In this document: positions 27,993-36,927 of the stretch, one piece after another
Layout: each line of letters begins with the position of its first letter
How positions within the stretch are numbered: position 1 is the stretch's first letter
Source of the DNA: Candidatus Multivorans sp.
GTDB lineage: Bacteria > Acidobacteriota > Thermoanaerobaculia > Multivoradales > Multivoraceae
NCBI GenBank assembly: GCA_965247095.1
Contig: OZ251997.1
Span: forward strand, 1,440,001 to 1,504,000
Direction of reading: 5' to 3'
DNA length: 64,000 bases
The notes under the pieces: model-generated
What the model was told of the DNA's origin: nothing
Database searches by the model: none
Seen by the model: only the letters and a program-made list of their open reading frames with translations
Translations under genes and position numbers: made by a program

Positions 27993-29360
27993 ATGGCGAT
28001 AGTCAGACCCGGAGGAGCTGGAACCGGCCCCGTGCCGCCCCGCTCCCGAGCAGCCGCTGGACCGACAGCCAACGCGCCCCGTCAGTCGGGGCACGCCGGC
28101 GGCGCCGAGCGCTTCGACCCCGCCGCGGGCGGCTTTGTCCCGGCCGGCGCCCGCCCCCCCGCAAGGCCCCGGCGCCGCATCAGCGGCCCCTGGATCGCCG
28201 TTGGCGTAGCCGGGACAGTGGTTCTGGCCGCGGCCGCCGTCATCGCACTGGGCCGTTCGCCCGGGGCAGCGGCGCCCGGCGCCGTCGCGCTGGCCCAGGC
28301 GGTGCCGGTGCGCGCCGAGGCCGCCCGCCGGGGACACCTCTCGGTGCGCACCGCCTACTCCGGCGAACTGGTCGGCGAGGTCGCCGACATCTCGCCCCAG
28401 GTCTCGGGTCTGCTGGTCGAAATGTCGACCCGAATCGGTCAGCGGGTAGCGGCCGGCGCCGTGCTCGCCGTGATCGAGGACATCGACCTGAAGAGCCAGT
28501 TCCAGGAGGCCAGCGGTCAGCTTGGCGTCGCCAAGGCGAACCGCGACCGGGCCGCTGCCGAGCTGGTCGGGGTGGCAGCGGACTACCAGCGGGCGATGGA
28601 GCTCTACGAACAGAACCTGCTCTCCGAGCAGGAACAGCAGCAGTTCACGTCCAAGTACGGGACGGCGAAGGCGAACCTGGCCGCCGCCGAAGCCCAGGTC
28701 CGACAGTCAGCGGCGCGCGAGGCGCAGCTCGCGGAGCAGTTCGCCAACACCCGCGTGCGCGCCCCGTTCAACGCCGTGGTCGCCGACCGCTACCTCGACC
28801 GGGGCGCCCTGGTGCAGCCGGGAACCCCGATCCTCCGCCTGGTCGAGGAGGCGCCGCTGATGGTTCAGTTCCGGGTGCCCGAACGCGATCTGGCCTCCGT
28901 TCAGGCCGGCGCGGCCTTCGATGTCTCGACCGAGGCCACCGGTGAGCAGATCTTCTCCGGCACGGTGCGCCGGGTCGCCGGCGAGGTGCGCCGCAACGAT
29001 CGCACTGTACTCGTCGAGGGCGAACTCGTGGGGACCGACGACCTGCTCAGGCCCGGCATGTACGCGAACGTCTCCGTCAGCCTGCGCGACCTCGACGACG
29101 CGCTGATCATTCCCGGCACCGCCCTGCTCGAGCGGGTGGCAATGGATGGCGCCCGCTCGGTCGGCGTCCTGGTGCCGGTCGACGGCTTGGCCGAGTGGCG
29201 GGCCGTCACCGTCGCGGGCCGCTCCGGCGAGTTCAGCGCGGTGAACGGCCGCCTCGAGGCCGGCGACCTTGTGCTGACGGTGGGACACGAGCAGCTCGGC
29301 AACGGCGCTCCGGTACGGGTGGTCAACGCGTACGAGGCGCCGGGCGGCGCAAGCTCCTAG
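27993..29360 (+). CDS. RND efflux periplasmic adaptor subunit
   Basis: TM anchor, lipoyl-like halves, coiled hairpin, RAPFNAVV, LRPGMYA. Confidence 0.9.
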   Translation: MAIVRPGGAGTGPVPPRSRAAAGPTANAPRQSGHAGGAERFDPAAGGFVPAGARPPARPRRRISGPWIAVGVAGTVVLAAAAVIALGRSPGAAAPGAVALAQAVPVRAEAARRGHLSVRTAYSGELVGEVADISPQVSGLLVEMSTRIGQRVAAGAVLAVIEDIDLKSQFQEASGQLGVAKANRDRAAAELVGVAADYQRAMELYEQNLLSEQEQQQFTSKYGTAKANLAAAEAQVRQSAAREAQLAEQFANTRVRAPFNAVVADRYLDRGALVQPGTPILRLVEEAPLMVQFRVPERDLASVQAGAAFDVSTEATGEQIFSGTVRRVAGEVRRNDRTVLVEGELVGTDDLLRPGMYANVSVSLRDLDDALIIPGTALLERVAMDGARSVGVLVPVDGLAEWRAVTVAGRSGEFSAVNGRLEAGDLVLTVGHEQLGNGAPVRVVNAYEAPGGASS

Positions 29361-32300
29361 ATGAACCTCCCCCGTCTCTCGGCCAACCGTCCGGTCGGCG
29401 TCGGCATGCTCTACGTCTGCATCGCCGTGCTGGGCCTTGTCGCCGCTCGCCAACTCGCCGTCGACCTGATGCCCGAGGTCGACATGCCCCGGATCTCGAT
29501 CTCCACCACCTACGAGGGCGTGGCGCCCGAGGAGATGGAGACCCTGGTCACGCGGCCGATCGAGCAGGCCCTCTCGACCGTCACCGGCCTCGACCAACTG
29601 AGCTCCATGTCCGCGGAGGGCATGAGCAGCATTCAGGCCCAGTTCGACTGGGGCATCGACCTGAACGAGGTCGTGAACGACATCCGCGAGCAGCTCGACT
29701 TCGTGCGTGGCAACCTGCCCGAAGACGCCTCCGCGCCGATGCTCTTCAAGTTCAACCTCTCGGACATGCCCGTCGTCTTCCTCGGCCTCTCCGGCGAGGG
29801 CGACGTCCGCCAGCTCCGCCACATGGCCGAGGAGACGATCAGCCGCCGTCTCGAGCGCCTGCCCGGGGTCGCCGCCGTCGACATCCAGGGCGGCCGGGTG
29901 CGGGAGATCCAGGTCCAGCTCGCCGCCGACCGGATGGCCGCGCTCGGCATCACGCCCAGCGAGGTCTCAATGGCCCTGTCACGGGAGAACCGCAACGTCT
30001 CGGCCGGCGACATGCTCGAGACGGGGCGCGAGGTTCTCATCCGTACGATCGGCGAGTTCGAGCGCAAGGTCGACGTCGAGAACACGATCGTCGCGATCCG
30101 CGACGGGCGCCCGATCCTCGTGCGCGACGTCGGGCGGGTCGAAGACGGCATCCGCGAGTTGACGAACGAGCTCTGGATCAACGGCGCGCCCGGCATGCGG
30201 ATGTTCGTGCAGAAGCAGTCCGGCTCGAACACGGTGGAGGTCGTGGATCGACTGAGGAAGGAGATCGACGCGATCAATCGCGACTACGCCGGCCGCGCCG
30301 AGATTTCGATCCTCATGGACAGCGCCGCCTTCATCCGCCAGGCCGTGAACAACGTCCAGATGGGGGCCATGTTCGGCGCCGCGCTGGCGATCCTGGTGCT
30401 CTTCTTCTTCCTCCGCGACATACGGGCGACCCTGATCGTCGGCGCCGCCATCCCGATCTCGGTGCTGGCGACGATCGCTCTGATGTACTTCAACGGCTTC
30501 ACCCTGAACGTCATCTCCCTGGCCGGCATCGCGCTTGGCATCGGCATGCTGGTCGACGGTTCGATCGTGGTGCTCGAGAGCATCTACCGCCGGCTCCACG
30601 AGGGCGAACGGCCCACCGCCGCCGCGATTGCCGGCAGCAACGAGGTGGCGATGGCGATCGCCGCCGGCACTCTGACCACCGTGGCCGTGTTCCTGCCCGT
30701 CGTCTTCATCTCCGGTTTCGCCGGCATCTTCTTCAACCAGTTGGCGATCACGGTCAGCTTCGCGCTGCTTTGCGCGCTGTTCGTCGCCCTCACCCTGATT
30801 CCCGCGGCGGCCGCGAGGTGGCTGCGCAAAGTGCCGGCAAGCCGCCGAACCGACGACGAACGCGTAGCCGCACTCGGCCCGGTCGACCTCGCCTACGGCC
30901 GCATGATCAAGTGGGCCCTCGGCCGGCCCGGCCTGGTCCTGGCCACGGCCGTCGTGCTGCTCTTCGGGTCCTTTACCCTGGTGCCGGTGATCGGGCTCGA
31001 GCTGATGCCCGAAAGCGACGAGGGCCGCCTCAACATGCAGGTCGAGATGCCGGTCGGCTCGCCGCTCGACGTCACCACCTCCACCATGGCTGAGATCGAG
31101 GCAAGGGTCCGCGGCGCCGTGCGACCGGAGGAACTCGACAACCTGCTCACCACCGCCGGCCCCGAGAGCTGGTGGCGGCCGGCCCAGTCGAACCAGGGCA
31201 CGATGGAGATCCTGCTCACCCCGATCACCGAGCGGAGTCGCGGCCAGGACGAGATCGTGGCGTCGATCCGCCGGGCGATCGCCCACGTGCCCGCGGCCGA
31301 CATCGAACTCTACGCCTCGTCCAGCAACATGATGATGCGCATGATGCGCGGCGGTCAGGACGCCCGCCTGGTGGTCGAGATCCGCGGCCACGACCTGGAC
31401 CAGGGCAACGAGCTCGCCCAGCGCGTGGTCGACGCGATGGCGACAGTTCCGGGAGTCGTCCACCCCCGCCTCGACCGCGAGGCCGGCCAGCTCGAACGCA
31501 CGCTGCGGGTCGATCGCGCCCGGCTGGCCCAACTGGGTCTCAACGGCAGCCAAGTCGCCGACGCGGTCGAGCACTACGTCCTCGGGCGCGTGGCGACCCG
31601 GTTCCGGGACCAGGGCGACGAGTTCGACATCCGGGTCCAGCTCCAGCCGGAGGACCGGCTGCGCCTCGAGCAGCTACCGCAACTGCCCATCGTCACCCCG
31701 TACGGCGACGTCGTCCGCCTGGGCTCGATCGTGAGCATCGATCCCGGCGAGGGGCCGCTGTCCATCAACCGTGAGAACCAGCAGCGCATCATGCAGGTCC
31801 TGGCCGGCATCGACGGCCGGCGTTTCAGCGACGTGGCGAACGAGGTCGAGGCCGCGCTGGCGCGGGTCGAGACGCCCTACGGTTTCACCATCGACATGGG
31901 CGGCGAACTCGAGGAGCAACGTCAGGTGTTCCTGGAGCTCCTGATCGGCGTGCTGCTTGCCGTCTTCCTCGTCTACACCGTGATGGCGGTCCAGTTCGAG
32001 TCCCTGGTCCAGCCGCTGGTGATCATGACCGCGGTGCCGTTCTCGCTGCTCGGCGTGCTCCTGACCCTCGCGGTCACCGGCACGACGCTGAACATGAACT
32101 CCTTCCTCGGCCTGGTGGTCCTGGTCGGCATCGTGGTCAACAACGCGATCGTGCTGGTGGACAACGTGAACCGGATGCGCCGGGAAGTCGGCTGCACCCT
32201 CCACGAGGCCCTGGTCCGCGGCGCCCGGCGCCGCCTGCGACCGATCCTGATGACGACGCTCACCACCGCGCTCGGCCTGTTGCCCTTGACCCTCGGAATC

Positions 32301-32513
32301 GGCGAGGGCTCGGAACTGCAGGCGCCCCTGGCCCGCGTGGTCGTCGGCGGGCTCCTGGCCTCGACCCTGATCACGCTGATCTTCGTGCCCTCGCTCTACC
32401 TGCTGGTCGAACGCGGCCGCGAACGCCGCCGGGCGATGCGTGGTCGCCGGAAAGCGGCGCGGAGCGCCGGCCTGAACATCCCGCATGGCGCTCCGGCGCT
32501 GCGGGGTTCGTGA
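29361..32513 (+). CDS. RND efflux permease (AcrB/AcrD/AcrF family)
   Basis: 1050 aa; GMLVDGSIVVLE, GIVVNNAIVLVD, RLRPILMTT. Confidence 0.95.
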   Translation: MNLPRLSANRPVGVGMLYVCIAVLGLVAARQLAVDLMPEVDMPRISISTTYEGVAPEEMETLVTRPIEQALSTVTGLDQLSSMSAEGMSSIQAQFDWGIDLNEVVNDIREQLDFVRGNLPEDASAPMLFKFNLSDMPVVFLGLSGEGDVRQLRHMAEETISRRLERLPGVAAVDIQGGRVREIQVQLAADRMAALGITPSEVSMALSRENRNVSAGDMLETGREVLIRTIGEFERKVDVENTIVAIRDGRPILVRDVGRVEDGIRELTNELWINGAPGMRMFVQKQSGSNTVEVVDRLRKEIDAINRDYAGRAEISILMDSAAFIRQAVNNVQMGAMFGAALAILVLFFFLRDIRATLIVGAAIPISVLATIALMYFNGFTLNVISLAGIALGIGMLVDGSIVVLESIYRRLHEGERPTAAAIAGSNEVAMAIAAGTLTTVAVFLPVVFISGFAGIFFNQLAITVSFALLCALFVALTLIPAAAARWLRKVPASRRTDDERVAALGPVDLAYGRMIKWALGRPGLVLATAVVLLFGSFTLVPVIGLELMPESDEGRLNMQVEMPVGSPLDVTTSTMAEIEARVRGAVRPEELDNLLTTAGPESWWRPAQSNQGTMEILLTPITERSRGQDEIVASIRRAIAHVPAADIELYASSSNMMMRMMRGGQDARLVVEIRGHDLDQGNELAQRVVDAMATVPGVVHPRLDREAGQLERTLRVDRARLAQLGLNGSQVADAVEHYVLGRVATRFRDQGDEFDIRVQLQPEDRLRLEQLPQLPIVTPYGDVVRLGSIVSIDPGEGPLSINRENQQRIMQVLAGIDGRRFSDVANEVEAALARVETPYGFTIDMGGELEEQRQVFLELLIGVLLAVFLVYTVMAVQFESLVQPLVIMTAVPFSLLGVLLTLAVTGTTLNMNSFLGLVVLVGIVVNNAIVLVDNVNRMRREVGCTLHEALVRGARRRLRPILMTTLTTALGLLPLTLGIGEGSELQAPLARVVVGGLLASTLITLIFVPSLYLLVERGRERRRAMRGRRKAARSAGLNIPHGAPALRGS

Positions 32514-32546
32514 TCGGGATCCAGTCAGAGCAGCTGCCGTCCGGCG

Positions 32547-32927
32547 AACCGGGACCACCTCAATGAGAACGGGCGCGACAAGAACGATCGCACACATCGG
32601 CGCTACCGTGGTTTGGTGCGCATCCTGAAGGAGCTCCGCAGCGAACTGGACGACGCCGGCCATCCTGCCGCTCAGTCGATCCCAGGATACGTCCTCGAGT
32701 GCTTGACCTGGAACGCTCCCGACACCTTTTTCGATCGCTACGGCTGGTATGCCCGGGTTGGAGCCGTGTTGGGGTATCTCGGGACCCAGATCGACAGCGG
32801 ATCGAGTTGGCAGACGTGGCGTGAGGTCGACAAAGTTAAGCTCCTCTTTGCACAGTCTCAACCGTGGACACCGGTCCAGGCACGCGCCTTCATCAATGCC
32901 GCGTGGGCCTACCTGGGAGCACGCTAG
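32547..32927 (+). pseudogene. 5'-truncated CBASS CD-NTase (CdnE-like), C-terminal part only
   Basis: NENGRDKNDRTHRRYRGLVRILKELR...IPGYVLECLTWNAPD...WREVDKVKLLF resembles a CD-NTase C-terminal lobe; GS and DxD catalytic motifs absent; directly upstream of a Cap15-like gene. Confidence 0.75.
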
Positions 32928-32929
32928 TC

Positions 32930-33592
32930 GTGAGGCTTGAGCGCCTCCACATCACCGTTTTTGTCGGAATCTCCGCGATCGTATGGTCCATCGTGTTGGT
33001 GGCTCGCGGCACCCCTGTTTCTTGGGATCACGCCGCGCCCTTCTCCAGCGTCGTGGGAGTTTTGGTCTCGCTTGGCTTTCTCTTCGAGCGCTACGCTTGG
33101 CGGCAGTCCTTTCTGAAAGGCTGGCTTGTCAACAGACCGGATCTACGAGGCACTTGGCGAGTCGAACTTCAGTCCAGCTACATTGATCCCGACACGGGCG
33201 AGACAATCCCAACGATCCTCTGCTACATGGGGGTGAAGCAGACGCTGTCGACTCTTCAGATGCACCTCATGACACCTGAGTCGGAGTCGTCCTTCATCGC
33301 CAGCCATGTGCAACCGTCACCCAACGGAGAGGGCTTCCAAGTGATCGGTGTCTACGCCAACGAGCCCAACATTCATCTGCGTAACGAGCGGATCAGCGAG
33401 ATGCATCATGGAGCCATCGTCGTCGGGACGCACGGGCCGCGGCTTCGACCAACCACTCTCACGGGGAAGTACTGGACGGACCGTAAGACGACGGGCACCA
33501 TGGACTTCACCCACCGTCTCGATGAGCTCCATACGCGCTTTGAGTCAGCCGACAAGGCGTTCTCGGCGGAGGAGCCGAGAATCGCAGCATAG
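32930..33592 (+). CDS. cap15: CBASS Cap15-like 2TM plus beta-barrel effector
   Basis: Two TM helices, RPDLRGTW, KQTLS, TPESES, YANEP, HHGA, GKYWTDRKTTGTM; lower GC. Confidence 0.85.
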   Translation: MRLERLHITVFVGISAIVWSIVLVARGTPVSWDHAAPFSSVVGVLVSLGFLFERYAWRQSFLKGWLVNRPDLRGTWRVELQSSYIDPDTGETIPTILCYMGVKQTLSTLQMHLMTPESESSFIASHVQPSPNGEGFQVIGVYANEPNIHLRNERISEMHHGAIVVGTHGPRLRPTTLTGKYWTDRKTTGTMDFTHRLDELHTRFESADKAFSAEEPRIAA

Positions 33593-33689
33593 GGCCAAGC
33601 AGGATCCCAGCAGCTCTCCCGTCACGGACAGGCGAAGATGGAGGTGTAGTGGTTCAGCCATGGTCCTCGGGCCCGATAGGATCACCGCC

Positions 33690-34697
33690 ATGGCTGAGCC
33701 CGCGCACACGGCGACGCTGTCGCCGTCGGAGGAAGAGCGCGACCCGGAAGCGGCGCCGCTCGATCCGGCCGACTTCCCCGGTTGCCGGCCGGTTCACATT
33801 CCACTCGAAGACATCGAGGACTACGAGGGCCGCCTCGAGTACTGGGAGGCGCGCACCGAAACGGCGATGGTCGTCGGCGAACCGACCACGCGGTTCCACG
33901 AAGGCCCGTCACACCGGCTCGCCAAGCTGTCGGAACGACTGGCTGCGGAACGCGGATCGCCGATCGAGGCGTACGGGACGACAGACCTCGTACGGTTCGA
34001 TGCTGGCGGTAGACCTCATGTCCTGATGCAGGCCGACCAGATCCTCTACCTGCACCCACCGCCATCCGATGAACTGACCCCGAAGGTTGACGTGGACGGC
34101 GATGCTCTGCCGGACGTGATCCTGGAGGTCGACTACTCGACCGATGTCAGGGTACGCAAGCTGCCGCTGTACGAAGCGTGTGGCTTCCCCGAGGTCTGGG
34201 TCGACGTGCCCGACGCGCCGTCGCCGAGCCGGCCGAAGTCTCGTGTCTCGGGACTTATGATCCATGTTCTCGAAGGAGGCCGCTTCCGCACCGCGCGAAC
34301 CAGCCGCGCCTTCCCCAGTTGGACCGCGAAGGAGATCCACCGAGCGCTGAACGAGCACACGATGTCGGCCTCGACGGAGGCCGCACTGCATCGCGTCGGG
34401 AGAGCCCTTGGCGCCGCGGAAGGCACCGGTCCGGACGACGATCGATGGCTTCGCCGCCACCGCGACGAGGGCCGGGCCGAGATACGATCCGAGACAGGCT
34501 ACGAGACGGTGACGGCAGTCCTCAGGGAGCGCGGCATCCCGACCACGCCCGCCCTGAAGGTCCGGCTCCTGGAACTCGGGGAGGTACCCGTGGCCGAGTT
34601 GATTCGCGCCGCGCTCAGGTGCCGGAGCGAAGCGGAGTTCCTGGAACTCTGCGCCGCAAACGAACGCGGACCCCGGCCTGAAGGCGCCGACTTGTAG
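33690..34697 (+). CDS. Uma2-like PD-(D/E)xK nuclease with C-terminal extension
   Basis: RLEYW, QADQILY, PDVILEVD, KLPLYEACGFPEVW; TAGGAT 7 nt before the ATG. Confidence 0.8.
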   Translation: MAEPAHTATLSPSEEERDPEAAPLDPADFPGCRPVHIPLEDIEDYEGRLEYWEARTETAMVVGEPTTRFHEGPSHRLAKLSERLAAERGSPIEAYGTTDLVRFDAGGRPHVLMQADQILYLHPPPSDELTPKVDVDGDALPDVILEVDYSTDVRVRKLPLYEACGFPEVWVDVPDAPSPSRPKSRVSGLMIHVLEGGRFRTARTSRAFPSWTAKEIHRALNEHTMSASTEAALHRVGRALGAAEGTGPDDDRWLRRHRDEGRAEIRSETGYETVTAVLRERGIPTTPALKVRLLELGEVPVAELIRAALRCRSEAEFLELCAANERGPRPEGADL

Positions 34698-34718
34698 CAG
34701 CTAGCGCCCACCGAGCCA

Positions 34719-34829
34719 GCGCTTCACGCCGGATGCGGGCGAGACGCCCGCGTGCCATCCGTGCGCCCGATGACGGGCGGACGGAGTGGTTCGCGTGTGG
34801 CGCGGGTCGCGCCACACGGGTTCCCAGGG
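34719..34829. repeat. Multi-hairpin REP-like element, full copy
   Basis: Homologous along its length to 4355-4467, with a compensatory pair change in the last stem. Confidence 0.85.
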
Positions 34830-34851
34830 TCGGAGCGACAACCGCTGGTTG

Positions 34852-36886
34852 CTAGCCCCCGCCCCAGCGGTACTGCAACCGGGCGTAGTAGAAGCCGCCG
34901 TTGATGTCGAACGGGGCGCGCGTGCTGTAGAGGTTGCCGATCACGGTCGGGTTCGGATTGAGATCGGCCGCCCCGTCCAGCGCGTTGCGGCCTCCGATCA
35001 CGAGCCGGGTTGAGGCGTCGAGCCTGACCGCAGCCTCCAGGTCGAGAAGGTACGAGCCGCCGTAGGCCCAGGCGTCCCGGGGGTCCCACCAGCCGTCGAA
35101 GTAACCCAGGCGCCCGAGCAGTTCCACGCGGCCGATCTCGTGGTGAACGGCGGCGTTCCAGCGCAGGCCGGGAAGTGCGTCGCGCAGCTCGCGGATCCGC
35201 CGCGCGTCCAGAGTGAGCGGGTTGTATTCGGTGACTTCGGTGCGGGTCAGGTTGATCGCGAAGTCGATCGTCGTATGCCCGCCCCAAGCCTCCGGCTGCC
35301 ACGACGCGACCAGATCGACGCCCTCGGTGCGGGTCTCGAAGTCGTTGGCGAAGAAGCGGAAGTTCGCCAGGTTGGCGGCGCTGGCGATGCCCTCCGCCAG
35401 GAGCTGGTCCACTTCGTCCGGCGCCAGGGCGAAGAGCTGGGTCACGCCCAGGCGGTCGCGCAGATCGATCCGGAACACGTCCGCTGTGAGCAGGAGCGAT
35501 CCCCGCTCCAGAACCATTCCGGCCGCCAGGTTGAGCGACTTCTCGGCGTCGAGGGCCCTGCCGCCGCGCAGCGCCGCCACCCGCGAAGTGGACGGGATCG
35601 TGCCGTTGTTGACGAGCTCCAGCAGGTTGGGATCCCACTGCGTCGAGACGTTGAACGCGTTCTGCTGGCCGGGCGCACGCCGCCGACCAGGGAAGCGTCG
35701 GTGCGCTCGCCGCCGAACACCGGCTGGAAGCCGCCCGGGAACATCTCCTGGAAGCTGAAGCAGTTCGGATCGGCGAACACGCGGCCGAGCGCGTCCTGGT
35801 CGGGCAGGCCGTTCGTCACCGAAACGGTGGGACAGCCGGCCGACCCGTCGACGACCCCGTCGGCCGCGTCCAGGGCGTCGCCGATGAGCAGCGTGGCGCC
35901 GCCGTCGTTGCTGAACACGGCGTCCCGGGTGTTCGGGTTGCGGAAGAAGAAGTTCCGCGATCCCACCCGCCGGCTGGCGTAGTTGGCATGGCCGTAGAAC
36001 TGCGAACTGCCGCCGCCCAACGGCCGGCCGAAGTTCATCCACAGCTTGAGGTTGTCTTCGACCTCGGGCGCGCCGAAGAGTTGCGCCGGGTCGGCGACAT
36101 GGGTGTTGCCGGCGGCAACCAGCAGCGCGGCGTCGGCGCGCTGGATGTTCCGGTTCGTCGGCTCGGCGCCGCCGTACTCCAGGCTCAGGTTGAGAAAGCC
36201 GCTCTCTCCCCAGGGCAGGCCGATGTTGCCGGCGAAGGTCACGGACTCCCCGTCCCCCCGGCCATAGGCGCCGGTGAGCAGCTCGAACGACCCGCCGGAC
36301 CTCTTGTCCTTGAGCAGGAAGTTCATCACCCCGGCGATCGCGTCCGAACCGTACTGCGCCGAGGCGCCGTCACGCAGCACCTCGACCTGGCGCAGCGCGA
36401 TGGCGGGAATCGGCGACAGGTCCGGGCCCTGGGCGCCGTGGGAGACGCCGATCCGGGACCACAGGATGACCGCGCCGCGATGGCGCCGCCGGCCGTTGAC
36501 GAGCACCAGGGTGTGGTCGGGCGCCAGACCGCGCAGGTTGGTCGGCCGCACGACGACCGCGGCGTCGCCGGAGGTGGCGCTGATGTTCAGCGACGGAACC
36601 ACGTTGCGCAGCAGCATGTCGAGTTCGTCTCGCCCTGATGCGCGACGTGCTCGCTGGAGATCACGTCGATCGGCGCCATCGACTCGGTGATCGACCGCTG
36701 CCGCGCGCGGGTGCCGGTGACCACGATCTCATCGTGAACGTGCGCCGCCGGATCGTCGGACTCGGCTTCGTCGTGTGCGGCCTCCGCACCTTCGGTCTCG
36801 CCGTCCAGCTGGCCAGACAACGGACCAGCCAGGAACAAGGCAAGCAACAGCGCGCGCGCCGCAAGACGCCAGCAAGGAACTCCCAT
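34852..36886 (-). pseudogene. TonB-dependent receptor pseudogene (frameshift near 36624, large internal deletion near 35675)
   Basis: Signal plus EIVVTGTR in one frame; plug (LRGLAPDHTLVLVNGRR, DGASAQYGSDAIAGV) in a second; C-terminal YYARLQYRW in a third; much shorter than a full barrel. Confidence 0.85.
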
Positions 36887-36927
36887 CTCCGAAACCTCCG
36901 CCCGGTTCGCGCCGACCAACTCGGACC

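Noticed and set aside
27993-32513. RND pump lacking an outer-membrane factor and with DG in the TM4 motif
   Set aside because: TolC-like partners are often encoded elsewhere and TM4 variants are common in this subfamily
36600-36640. Programmed frameshift or phase variation in the TonB receptor
   Set aside because: No homopolymer or slippery sequence at the site, and a second large deletion inactivates the gene anyway
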